A DNA stretch of 64,000 bases. Source: a virus. Taxonomy: Duplodnaviria; Caudoviricetes. Under the pieces are notes generated by a model. That model searched no databases. It saw nothing but the letters and a program-made list of their open reading frames with translations, and was not told the origin of the DNA. Made by a program: the position numbers and the translations under genes. Below are positions 53,993 to 63,317 of this stretch, one piece after another. Position 1 is the stretch's first letter. Each line of letters opens with the position of its first letter. The stretch spans positions 2,746 to 66,745 of the IMG/VR virus record IMGVR_UViG_3300020577_005397; one strand, given 5' to 3'.

Positions 53993-55246
53993 CTAGGCAG
54001 GTACGCCACGAAGCAATTTACGAGACTTGGCCTGCTTCCAGGCCCAGATTGCCCCACGGGATGTACCAAAGGGGCAGGTCAGATCAGCGTCCGTTGTCTT
54101 GAAGTTGTCGCCGTCTTCGATCTCTGCCGCCAAATCCCACTGCCAGCGATAGAGTTCCTTATTGGCTTCAGCGCAGGCGCACACCCTGCGGGCCAAGTCA
54201 CCCATCGCCATTCGTGCGACCATCTGTGCATAGATCGTCGGCATTCGCCCGTTCACGTAGGGTACGCCACTGACGTAGCGGATCACTACCTTGTCGGGCT
54301 CCACACTGCCACAACACCATGGAGAGTTGAGCTTCCAGGTGCTGGTTGTGCTATCCCAGAGGGCCAGATCGGGGGTGACGATACCGGCCTCTCCATTGCG
54401 GATGCCGGAGCGCCCAACCGAGTAGTATTCCGTGCCGGGCTCACCCTGGTGACTTGAGGCTTCGTTGCAGTACCAGCCTCCGCCGCAAGGGTGGCTTTCC
54501 CAGCGCAGGATCGCGGCCCCATCCTCTTCGGTCTGCCCAGACTCATATTCCACCTTGTAGATGGTCAGTCGCTTCACGAACGAGTCTGGGTCGTCGGGAT
54601 CGATGTTGGACATCTGGGTACGTGTGTATAGCTCAGGACGGACCAGAAGCCACACATTACCCTTTACCGTCGCGCGCCCACCCGAGATCGTGATCTGGAC
54701 AGGGCGGATCGCATAGTCCCGTTCCTCTCCGACGACGCGATCATTCGAACTGATTTCGACCGAGAAGACACTGGGGTCGGTCTCGGTCGTCGCAAAGGAC
54801 AGACGGAACACATCGTCCAGACAGGTGGTGCCCGCATCGGCGCTGGCTTTGATGGTCACGGGGTACGTACCAATTTCGGTACGCTTCTCATGACCGATAG
54901 CCTGCACCTTGCCGTAGCGCAGACGGAGGCTCACACGCGAGCCATCCGCTTCCACGTTCTGATAACGATGGACACCACTGTCCGCGAAGTGCGGCCAGGG
55001 CACGACTTCTTCGATGTACTTGGGACCGGGCCAGTAGTTCAGGTAGCGAGCGAGGGTATCTTCAGCCGCTTCGATGGATCGGAGGATATCCTGCCGACCC
55101 GCTGCATCGAAGCCCTGCCAGCCGTACTCGTAGACCACGCCATTGCACGCAGAGGTCGGGGCCTTGCTCCCATTCGAGAGACCCCAGAAATGCCACGGGT
55201 TATAGCCGAGAACTTGCCGGAACTCTTCGAGGGAGAGGAGAGCCAT
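53993..55246 (-). CDS. Head-tail connector/virion protein
   Basis: LLSLEEFRQVLG N-terminus; structural operon. Confidence 0.6.
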   Translation of the reverse strand: MALLSLEEFRQVLGYNPWHFWGLSNGSKAPTSACNGVVYEYGWQGFDAAGRQDILRSIEAAEDTLARYLNYWPGPKYIEEVVPWPHFADSGVHRYQNVEADGSRVSLRLRYGKVQAIGHEKRTEIGTYPVTIKASADAGTTCLDDVFRLSFATTETDPSVFSVEISSNDRVVGEERDYAIRPVQITISGGRATVKGNVWLLVRPELYTRTQMSNIDPDDPDSFVKRLTIYKVEYESGQTEEDGAAILRWESHPCGGGWYCNEASSHQGEPGTEYYSVGRSGIRNGEAGIVTPDLALWDSTTSTWKLNSPWCCGSVEPDKVVIRYVSGVPYVNGRMPTIYAQMVARMAMGDLARRVCACAEANKELYRWQWDLAAEIEDGDNFKTTDADLTCPFGTSRGAIWAWKQAKSRKLLRGVPA

Positions 55247-55632
55247 TAGGGGGAACTCTTCGTAGCCGCGTAGCGGGCTACGTTGATACGCGCAGTCTCA
55301 CGGTCTTCATGTCGGCGGCAGAGCTGGACCACCCCTGCCAAACTCAGCCAAACCACAACCAAGCCGAGATTGAGGCGCTGGACGATACAGGCCGACAAGA
55401 CGAGCGAGACCCAGAAGGACAAGCAGTAGAAACAGGAGAAGCCTTCGGCCACCCATTGCCACCTTGCGCTCCGGCTGTAGAGGAATTTGCGCCATCGCTT
55501 GAACAGGTGCATGGGGCCGTCTTCCTCCACCAACATGGAGGAAACGCGGTAGATCGCCAAGGCGGAAAGGAGATAGAGCCACAGGTCAGGCAGGTTCAGG
55601 TTCAGTAGGCTGTTCGGATTTAGGGTCGGCAT
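55246..55632 (-). CDS. DUF1360-like membrane protein
   Basis: YRVSSMLVEEDGP, CFYCLSFWVS. Confidence 0.75.
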   Translation of the reverse strand: MPTLNPNSLLNLNLPDLWLYLLSALAIYRVSSMLVEEDGPMHLFKRWRKFLYSRSARWQWVAEGFSCFYCLSFWVSLVLSACIVQRLNLGLVVVWLSLAGVVQLCRRHEDRETARINVARYAATKSSP

Positions 55633-55993
55633 CTTGCCCTGGCTTTCGCTTCGCAGTCGGCAACTTGATCTTCACGGGCGGTGTCTGGAGATCGACCGCC
55701 TGTCGCTGCACGACCACCTCCCACTGCCCCGTGTTGAGGAGCCACTGAACGTCCTCCACCGGAACTTCTTTATACAGGTCCGTGAGGTTGTTCCCGCCCC
55801 AGTACACAGCGCCCGAAGGCGTTCGGCCCGGACCCCCGAAGGGAATCGAGCCTTGCTGTGGGCCAATGAACTTGAGTCGAGCCATGTTGTCTCCAGTATC
55901 TGCGGCAAGCATAGCCAGGGGATCGAGCCCCAGGAACTCCTGCCGCGCATTGAGGATGTCTTGAACGCCGCTTTGGCCGCAACCGCAACCCAT
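55586..55993 (-). CDS. Small protein with an MGCGCG N-terminus
   Basis: AGAGGAAAGG SD. Confidence 0.7.
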   Translation of the reverse strand: MGCGCGQSGVQDILNARQEFLGLDPLAMLAADTGDNMARLKFIGPQQGSIPFGGPGRTPSGAVYWGGNNLTDLYKEVPVEDVQWLLNTGQWEVVVQRQAVDLQTPPVKIKLPTAKRKPGQDADPKSEQPTEPEPA

Positions 55994-55994
55994 A

Positions 55995-58196
55995 TCAGCC
56001 TTTCCTCTGCCGTGTACGGGTGCTGGTGGACTGTCGAACGTAGAGAAGGGGCTGGGGAAGTCTCACTCCGTAATGCCCTTCTTGATACATTCTAACATAG
56101 AAATCCCTGTCCTCCAGGTGTTTTGCAGCCGTCCACGCAGGAATCCATTCCTTGGGGATCAACGCCGTCACGGGATTCAGCAGGGTTTCGCCCGCTTCTG
56201 GCCCATAATCCGGGCTCTCCATGACTTCTTCTGTTTCGTCCACAACCCAGTCGGTGTACACATACAGCCCTGTTTGACGATGCAGAGCCAGCATACGTTC
56301 GAGAGCTTCGGGGTGGAGATAGTCGTCGGCGTCCAGGTAGACCACGTATCGTCCCTGGGCCAGCTCTGTTCCTGCCTGTCGTTTAGGTCCGGGCTGTCCA
56401 TCTTTCACCAGATACCGAGCGTAGGGCTTGTGGGGTGGGGTCTGGAAGCCTCGATTGACGACCAGGATCAGCTCCCAGTTTCGGAAGGTCTGTCCTTCCA
56501 TGCAGGTGAAAATACTGTCGAGAAGGTGTTCGTGGGCCTTTCCTACGGGCACTACCACCGAGATCTCAATGGGGTAGGCCGAGACTACATGATAGCCTTG
56601 AACCGGAGCCGCCAACGGGAACAGCTTGTCCTGCACCCAGGGGAGCCAAGTATCGATTGGGACGTATTGCTTCGTGCGACTGGCCGAGCCGGAATGCAGT
56701 CTGTAGTTGAACAGGCCGTCTTCGGTCACACGTCGGGCAGTGAAGCCCGTAGCCAGCCCACGAGTCCAGAACTCCGCGTCCTCGCCCGGAGCATATTCTT
56801 GTCGATAACCTCCGGCGCGTTGCCACATCTCCTTGCGGAACATGGCCCCAGCCGGGATGCAATTTTGCGGAGGAACGCCACCAGCCGCCTGAACGTCCCA
56901 CGAGAACTCCGGTGGCCACTCGGCCAGCCGGGGCTCTACGCCCTCCTGAATCATCATCAGTCCGGTGTAGGCAACACCGAGGGCATACTCTCTGCGGAAC
57001 GCGGGGATGAGGGTATCCGCGTAGTTAGGAGCGAGGTAGTCATCAGCGTCCAGGCATACGATCAGGTCTCCGGTAGCAGCGGCGATACCATCGTTTCGAG
57101 CAGCCGCCACTCCCTCATTATCTCGCTTTGAGATGAGCTTGTCGGGCGTGTGAGCACGAATGACTTCCAGGCTGTTGTCGGTCGAGGCATCATCCACGAC
57201 CACCACCTCAGCTCCGTTTGCCTTCGCGCTGTCAATCGCCTGACCCACGTACTTGCTGTAGTTATGATTTGTAACGACAACCGACAGCTTGTGGGGCCGC
57301 TTCATGGAGTACGCATCGTGATAACAACGTGCGTACTCTCGTGCGGCACGGTCCCAGGTGAAGTGCTGGGCTGTCTGTCGAGCTGCCGCCGAGCACTCGT
57401 CATAGTGCTCCAAGATCCAATGGTAGCCCCGCAGCAGGTCGTCATAGTCATAGGGCCGACACAGGTAGCCCTCAAACTTGTGCGTGACGAGATCCCGAGT
57501 GCCGCCCCAGTCAAAGCCCAGAATAGGCTTGCCCATCGCCATCGCTTCCACGGTGCCAATCCCGAAGGTCTCTTCCGTGGTGGCGAGGTACATCAGCGAG
57601 TTGGACAATACCTCGCGCATGTCCCCGTCCCCCAGCGGTCCGAGGACGCGCAGAGACGAGGGGCCTGACTTTGTGAAGGTACTCCAAACGTCAATGCCCC
57701 CGGCTGCAAGCCAGTCCGCAGGCGAGGGGTCACACACGTCTTGAGGTCGGTTCTTGTTCCAGAGGACATAGGAGCCCTTGGACGTGCGGTGATTCGAGTA
57801 GAGAGGAACGTCGATGCCGTGTCCAATCACACGCGGCGTAATGCGCATGTCTCGCTGGAAAGGATAGGCAACCCAGTCAGATGGGACCGTGATGATCTTG
57901 GCGTTCCGGGAGCTTTCGATGATCTCCTCGTTGATCCCGTGGTGCCAGCGGTCATAGCGGAACCCGCGCTCCTCGGCGTCGGCTGTCCAGTAGATGCCGT
58001 GCAGGTGAAGCACGTCGATCCAGGGCAACTCGCCCATGCGCGTGTGTGAGGCGATGACCTGGGCCTGATCCGAGGAAGCAACCAGCTCGATGTCGTACTT
58101 AGGCAGGTACTTGTACTGTGCGTGAACGACCCGGCCAATACCATTGTTTGCTTCGATCTGTTCCGGGTGCGGCCACAGATACACCTTCAGCGCCAT
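55995..58196 (-). CDS. Multidomain glycosyltransferase (GT4 plus two GT2 domains)
   Basis: EETFGIGTVEAMAMGKP; SVVVTNHNY, VVDDASTD, CLDADD; second SVVVPVG..YLDADD. Confidence 0.88.
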   Translation of the reverse strand: MALKVYLWPHPEQIEANNGIGRVVHAQYKYLPKYDIELVASSDQAQVIASHTRMGELPWIDVLHLHGIYWTADAEERGFRYDRWHHGINEEIIESSRNAKIITVPSDWVAYPFQRDMRITPRVIGHGIDVPLYSNHRTSKGSYVLWNKNRPQDVCDPSPADWLAAGGIDVWSTFTKSGPSSLRVLGPLGDGDMREVLSNSLMYLATTEETFGIGTVEAMAMGKPILGFDWGGTRDLVTHKFEGYLCRPYDYDDLLRGYHWILEHYDECSAAARQTAQHFTWDRAAREYARCYHDAYSMKRPHKLSVVVTNHNYSKYVGQAIDSAKANGAEVVVVDDASTDNSLEVIRAHTPDKLISKRDNEGVAAARNDGIAAATGDLIVCLDADDYLAPNYADTLIPAFRREYALGVAYTGLMMIQEGVEPRLAEWPPEFSWDVQAAGGVPPQNCIPAGAMFRKEMWQRAGGYRQEYAPGEDAEFWTRGLATGFTARRVTEDGLFNYRLHSGSASRTKQYVPIDTWLPWVQDKLFPLAAPVQGYHVVSAYPIEISVVVPVGKAHEHLLDSIFTCMEGQTFRNWELILVVNRGFQTPPHKPYARYLVKDGQPGPKRQAGTELAQGRYVVYLDADDYLHPEALERMLALHRQTGLYVYTDWVVDETEEVMESPDYGPEAGETLLNPVTALIPKEWIPAWTAAKHLEDRDFYVRMYQEGHYGVRLPQPLLYVRQSTSTRTRQRKG

Positions 58197-58849
58197 CAGA
58201 AGCCTCGATCCTGCCACGAATGGCCGACATGATCCCACAATGTTTCCGTGCGTAGGTTGACGGGAATGCCCACAACCGGGGCCATCAGATCCAGCTTGCC
58301 CAGGTCGATACAGTTGTGGCAGAAGCCCTCCTCAGTCTCACCGAGCTTCAGGCCCTCTGGGTACAGCCCATAGTACGCATGGAAGGAAATGTTCTTGAGG
58401 TGCGGGCGATTGCTGGGGATGTACACTTCCGGGCTGTCCCAGCGCACTCGCCAGTAGTTCCCCACGAGGCGGGCATCGAACGAGTGAGCGGCCACGCCCA
58501 TGAGCCGAATCCACTTCACCGGGTTGAGCGGATCGCGGAGCACCTTGATATGGTCATCCACGTCCAGCGGATCTCGAAGCCAGTGGTCATCGTCCATCTG
58601 GAGGATGATGTCGGTCTCCTGGTTGGCCGCTCGCAGTAGCGTGTTCAGGTTGTTGCCCAGGAACCGGCTCTCGGGCTTGATGACAGTCACGTTGGGCTGT
58701 CCGTCGAACTTCTCGGCTACGTTGTCCGTGCCTGCGTCCCCAATGAAGAACTTGATCTCCTCCTGGGTAATCAGGTTGCTCTTGATACGGACACACGTTT
58801 CCCACAGCAGATCACGTCGATTGAAGGTGGGGAGGACTACCGCGATCAT
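58196..58849 (-). CDS. GT2-family glycosyltransferase
   Basis: VVLPTFNR, QMDDDH; TGATG overlaps on both sides. Confidence 0.85.
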   Translation of the reverse strand: MIAVVLPTFNRRDLLWETCVRIKSNLITQEEIKFFIGDAGTDNVAEKFDGQPNVTVIKPESRFLGNNLNTLLRAANQETDIILQMDDDHWLRDPLDVDDHIKVLRDPLNPVKWIRLMGVAAHSFDARLVGNYWRVRWDSPEVYIPSNRPHLKNISFHAYYGLYPEGLKLGETEEGFCHNCIDLGKLDLMAPVVGIPVNLRTETLWDHVGHSWQDRGF

Positions 58850-59418
58850 CAGTCGTTCTCTTTCTTGGCACCCTTGCCGAAGATGCGGCCCTTGTACTTC
58901 AGGCGGAACCAGCGAATGCTGTCCACATACGGCATTTCCTCGAACTCGTAGGGCGAGTCTCGCAGGAAGTCTTCCAGAGCCGCGTTGACTTCCGGGGCGT
59001 TCTCGCGCACCACGCCTGGGTTCTCCCAGGAGTAGCAATCATGCACGGCCAGGATGCCGCCCTTCTTGAGATGGCGAGTGTAGCGCAGGTCATTCAGCGT
59101 CTGCTGATAACTGTGCCCACCATCCACGAAAAGCACGTCCACGTAGCGAGCCCACCACTCGTACTCGCTGTCCGAGTCGCACTGGATGAGCTGAACGTTC
59201 GGGACCAGATACTTCCACTTGGATGTATCGATATCGATCCCAAACACAGAAACGTCCCCTCGCGGGGACAGGAAACAGATCAGACTGGCCCCGAACTCCA
59301 CGCCGATGTTGAGGATGCTGGGGAAAGGCTTCTCGATGCTCTTGGAGATGTCGTACAGAAGCTGTCGTTCTTTTTCGGTGAGCCAACCCGGAGCCGTCTT
59401 GTAGTCGATGTCAGTCAT
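58849..59418 (-). CDS. Class I SAM methyltransferase (Methyltransf_24-like)
   Basis: LNIGVEFGAS, GIDID, FVDGGHSY, GGILAVHD. Confidence 0.85.
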   Translation of the reverse strand: MTDIDYKTAPGWLTEKERQLLYDISKSIEKPFPSILNIGVEFGASLICFLSPRGDVSVFGIDIDTSKWKYLVPNVQLIQCDSDSEYEWWARYVDVLFVDGGHSYQQTLNDLRYTRHLKKGGILAVHDCYSWENPGVVRENAPEVNAALEDFLRDSPYEFEEMPYVDSIRWFRLKYKGRIFGKGAKKEND

Positions 59419-59425
59419 GGAAGGA

Positions 59426-59451
59426 GGGGGAGGGACCAAAGCCCCTCCCCC
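59426..59451 (-). terminator. 9-bp hairpin between the MCP and methyltransferase genes
   Basis: GGGGGAGGG/CCCTCCCCC; no U tract, so probably leaky or a processing site. Confidence 0.5.
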
Positions 59452-59474
59452 TTGACCTTTCTACTAGCTCGCTA

Positions 59475-60959
59475 TTAGCGAGGAGTGCCGAGGCTCGGGA
59501 CCGAGCCAGCGGTCGTGCGGCCACCGTTCACGTAGAAGCTGGTGTTAGCGGTGTCCCAGCTTCGGAAGTTCACGAGCGGCGTGTACTTGACGTTGTTGAT
59601 GCGGCCCGCGAGGTGCGGGGTGAGCAGGATCAGGCGAGGCTCGGTCGCGGCCAGCATCTGCACGCAGAAGTTCTGCGCGGGTTTCTTATGCCAGATGAAG
59701 CGGCCATTGTCCGAGGTCCAGAACATGCCATCGGGAGCCAGCGCCCGAGCGGCATCCATCGCGCCACCATTCTGATCGAACGGCAGGTATTCCATCCAGG
59801 TCACGACCTGTCCGCCGAGGACAGTCATCGGGACGAAGTAGATGCCAGCCGTGTAGCTGCCACCCGCGCTGCCGGTTTCCGTGATACCGTCATCCAGGAT
59901 GACCGGGATCTGGCGACCATCGACCAGCAGGTACTGGCCGGTGCGATTCACCATGTCGCCGCGCATCTGATCGGTCATTTCCGTCAGGAAGCGCCGATCC
60001 AGCTCAACCGAGGTGCCCGAGCTGATCGAGCAGCGAGCCGTCTGGTACGAGCACGGCCAGATAGCTGAGATCTCGTAGAACATCGCGTGCGGCATGACCA
60101 CCGCCCACTGAACGGGATCGAGGCCCGTGCGAGCCGCAATGAACTGGAGCTGGCGAACCATCGAGGTGATGTAGTTCACGAGCTTCGTGCCATTCGCGCC
60201 CACGACCGAGATGTCCAGCGAACCGAAGTCCATCAGGATCGAGTCAGCCGCCGGGGCGAGGATGCCGGTCTCAGCGTCCTTGTAGCCCGTGTTGATGAGG
60301 TAGTCGAGGCCATAAAATTCCTTATAGCCCCCACCAGCCGTGTTGTTGGTCGGGTTGCCCGTGTAGAGCTTGCGGGCGAAGTCGCGCTGCCACGCCACCG
60401 CAAGTTCGAACAGGAGCTTGCGAATGTCGCTGTTGGCCGCGCCGATGTTGCCGCCGCCTTCGCCCGTGGTCGGGGTGAAGAAGTCGCCAGCACCAGCCGG
60501 GTTGCCATAGAACTGGAAGTCCGAGAACTCGGCCCTGTTGTTCCGGCGATTGAAGCGCGTGATGTCATAGACCTGCGTCATGCGCGAGAAGCGGCCCCAC
60601 GCAAACGTGTGGGTCATCATCTTCGACAGGCCCGACACAGGCGGGTCATCGCAGACGTTGACGGGTTCATTCGAGCCCGTCGCGCTCGAAGCAGTCACGC
60701 CCGTGAACAGACCGTAGAGGGGGCTCTCGGTGTTCGAGGGGCGCAGGGGCAGACGATTCTGGAGGCCAGCCGACGGCAGGGTGAAGGCCGAGAAAATCGG
60801 GCGCTCCATTCCGGGAGTCGAGAAGAGGCCACCGCGACCGTGAGCCATGATTCCAGGCGGAGCGTAGGTCGAGGGGAAGCCCTTCTCGGCCTTGATCTCC
60901 TTCGTGCGGGATTCCAGAATGGCATCCGCCAGTTTCTGGTAATCGATCTCGTTAGGCAT
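59475..60959 (-). CDS. Major capsid protein
   Basis: 494 aa, strongest codon bias, follows the scaffold; GGAGA SD. Confidence 0.8.
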   Translation of the reverse strand: MPNEIDYQKLADAILESRTKEIKAEKGFPSTYAPPGIMAHGRGGLFSTPGMERPIFSAFTLPSAGLQNRLPLRPSNTESPLYGLFTGVTASSATGSNEPVNVCDDPPVSGLSKMMTHTFAWGRFSRMTQVYDITRFNRRNNRAEFSDFQFYGNPAGAGDFFTPTTGEGGGNIGAANSDIRKLLFELAVAWQRDFARKLYTGNPTNNTAGGGYKEFYGLDYLINTGYKDAETGILAPAADSILMDFGSLDISVVGANGTKLVNYITSMVRQLQFIAARTGLDPVQWAVVMPHAMFYEISAIWPCSYQTARCSISSGTSVELDRRFLTEMTDQMRGDMVNRTGQYLLVDGRQIPVILDDGITETGSAGGSYTAGIYFVPMTVLGGQVVTWMEYLPFDQNGGAMDAARALAPDGMFWTSDNGRFIWHKKPAQNFCVQMLAATEPRLILLTPHLAGRINNVKYTPLVNFRSWDTANTSFYVNGGRTTAGSVPSLGTPR

Positions 60960-60981
60960 GATGTGATTCTCCGATGAGTGC

Positions 60982-61593
60982 TTACTGGGTGGGAATCCCC
61001 GCCCACTTGGCGAAAGCGTCGAACGTGTCGGCGGGCTGAACAGCCACGAGATCCTTCACGTTCTCCTTCTGAATGACGGTCTCAGGAGATTCGGTCGCCC
61101 GATACTCCACCTTGAACTCTTTCTGGGTAGCCTTCGGCTGGAGCCCAATCAGGCGCTCCAACGCACCGGCCACGATGTCAATCTTGGCGTTCAGCTCCTT
61201 GATCTGGACGGCCTGCTCGTCACGTTCCTTGCGGACCTGTTCGAAGGCCGCATTCACGTCCGAGAAGCCCTTCTCAATCGGAGCCATATCGACGGTGACT
61301 TCCTTGGTCTCACGAGCCTTCAGGGTCTCCACGTTCTCCACGATTTCAGTCAGGAGTTCGGCAAGACCTTCGGGATCGATCTCCAGTTCCTCTTCCACAG
61401 GGGCGTCTTTCTCGGCTTCTGCCGTGGCCTCCGCAGTCTCCGCGACCGCGCCGACCTCGGCTTCCTTCTTGGCGAGATCCAACAGAGCGGCCTGAGCAGC
61501 AACATCGCCCTCAGACTTCGCCTCGGACACAGCCAGGGCCGCGTCAGCCGCTTCCGGGGCCTTGGCCTTGAGCCAATCGAACTTCCATTTCAT
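60982..61593 (-). CDS. Capsid scaffolding protein
   Basis: Acidic, Ala/Glu-rich coiled coil between the protease and MCP genes. Confidence 0.7.
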   Translation of the reverse strand: MKWKFDWLKAKAPEAADAALAVSEAKSEGDVAAQAALLDLAKKEAEVGAVAETAEATAEAEKDAPVEEELEIDPEGLAELLTEIVENVETLKARETKEVTVDMAPIEKGFSDVNAAFEQVRKERDEQAVQIKELNAKIDIVAGALERLIGLQPKATQKEFKVEYRATESPETVIQKENVKDLVAVQPADTFDAFAKWAGIPTQ

Positions 61594-61594
61594 G

Positions 61595-62419
61595 TTATGC
61601 TCCAATCTCAACGAGGGTGAGTGGGTTCGACGCACGGCCTTCAGGCAGCAAGCTCACTTCGTAGATATTCGCCACGGTGAACTCTTTTCCCTCGATGAGA
61701 GAGTCTGCTGGGTACGTGAACCCAATGCTGGAACCGAGTTCGTCTGTGTGTGCGAGCAGACCTTCCCCGATTCGCTTGTCAGAGAACGTGCCCTCCATGC
61801 AGAGGGCGTCCTGGGTGTAGTATGCGCGGTCGGCCATGCCGAGTTCGATCCGCGCCTTAGTCTTGTGGTCATACATGTGCCACCAGACGAGGGGAATACC
61901 CGCGTTTGGATTGGCCTCGGCCCAGCCCTTCAAGGCACGCTCTGTGACCCACTGGCCGTCCTTGTCAGGACCGTAGGGGGTCGAGGCGATCAAGCGCCAG
62001 CGCAGCGTGTCCTTCTGGACGGTCAGGACAGCTTCTTTCTTCTTGCGCGAGCGAGCATTGCCGAAGAGCTTGTTCACCTTGCCCGCAAGACCACCTGCGC
62101 CGTGAGTGGCTTCATCCACCGAGCGCCGCTGACGAGCCTGCCAGATGGCGCGGAAACGATTGATGGTGGTCTTGTAGTCGGCGCGGGAAAGAGTCTTGGA
62201 ACCCAGTCGCTTGTCCACGTAGGACGAGAACTTGTTCCGACTCTGACTCACGGGCTTGCGCTGATTGCGTTTGCTGAAAGCGAAGCCACCGAACTTGATG
62301 AACTTGCCCTCTGCGGTGCGTGGCTGGCGACCGGCGACCTTATTGGGTCCGGTCTTCTGCGCGTCTTCTTTCTTCGCGCAGCCTTTCTTCTTCATCATGC
62401 GAGAACGAACGTCCATCAT
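61595..62419 (-). CDS. Prohead protease with a basic N-terminal extension
   Basis: DKDGQWV, LVWWH, SSIGF, EVSLL. Confidence 0.75.
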   Translation of the reverse strand: MMDVRSRMMKKKGCAKKEDAQKTGPNKVAGRQPRTAEGKFIKFGGFAFSKRNQRKPVSQSRNKFSSYVDKRLGSKTLSRADYKTTINRFRAIWQARQRRSVDEATHGAGGLAGKVNKLFGNARSRKKKEAVLTVQKDTLRWRLIASTPYGPDKDGQWVTERALKGWAEANPNAGIPLVWWHMYDHKTKARIELGMADRAYYTQDALCMEGTFSDKRIGEGLLAHTDELGSSIGFTYPADSLIEGKEFTVANIYEVSLLPEGRASNPLTLVEIGA

Positions 62420-62934
62420 ACGTTCCTTAGAGCCCGTATAACCCGGCCCACGGCTTCCTTACGATATTTGCGGAGCAGTATCCCGGACCAGTTACGCGGC
62501 TTGATGCCAGGATGGTCAACGTGCATGACACGCGAAACCCAGGACGAGCCTGACTTGTACGTGTCTCCGCTACCAGCTCCTGGCTTGAGGGAGCGCGAAG
62601 TCTTCGGGATGTGCTGACCACGTTTGCGATTGCTGGCCCAGGGGAACGACATACCCAGCGCGGAGTGCGCGTCGATGGAGTGTTCCTTAGTGCCTTTATC
62701 GAGCCAGAGGAACCGCTTGTCTCCGCAGAGGAGATCGTAGTTGCCGAGGCTCTTGCGGTGAATGGCGGTGCTGAGGGGATCAGAGAACTTCTGAGTGGCT
62801 GTCTGGAGATCCGTATTGGCATCGACCAGCAGGCTGTTCGCCACCCGGTCTATGGCCGTCTCGGTTCTCTTGATCTTGTCTTGGACAGCCGCTTCGAAAT
62901 CGGAGAGGTCGAACTGGATGAGAGGGACGGTCAT
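62416..62934 (-). CDS. Head/neck morphogenesis protein (basic)
   Basis: LDKGTKEHSI..VDHPGIKPRNW segments; structural context. Confidence 0.55.
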   Translation of the reverse strand: MTVPLIQFDLSDFEAAVQDKIKRTETAIDRVANSLLVDANTDLQTATQKFSDPLSTAIHRKSLGNYDLLCGDKRFLWLDKGTKEHSIDAHSALGMSFPWASNRKRGQHIPKTSRSLKPGAGSGDTYKSGSSWVSRVMHVDHPGIKPRNWSGILLRKYRKEAVGRVIRALRNV

Positions 62935-63317
62935 CAGACCCTGCTCACATCCAGGTCCACTGTAAGGGTGCCGTCCTGGAGCGTCTTCTTGAGGGTGGGG
63001 CTCCATGTGACCTGAATGTCATATTCGAGGACGGCTGCGGCGGTCATTGAGTCTGTCGCAGTCGGAGGGACCACGACATCCGCAATGTGCGTTTCGCCCG
63101 GAGTGGCCCGAATCACAATCGCTCCGCCCGTCGTCGTGATCTGGAAGACACCGGGATCGGCGTCCGAGATCTTGTACTTGGCAGTCATCACGATGCTCGC
63201 CCCCGTGAGAGGGAACGGGCTCGTCACGCCATTGACGGTGCGATAGGACGCGAAGGAGAACTCTAGACTATCCCCGCGCTTCATGCTGAGGTGTACGGTC
63301 GGGCAGGTGTCGCTCAT
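62934..63317 (-). CDS. BppU-like baseplate/Ig-like virion protein
   Basis: RGDS, FPLTGASI, YDIQV, LQDGTLTV. Confidence 0.65.
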   Translation of the reverse strand: MSDTCPTVHLSMKRGDSLEFSFASYRTVNGVTSPFPLTGASIVMTAKYKISDADPGVFQITTTGGAIVIRATPGETHIADVVVPPTATDSMTAAAVLEYDIQVTWSPTLKKTLQDGTLTVDLDVSRV

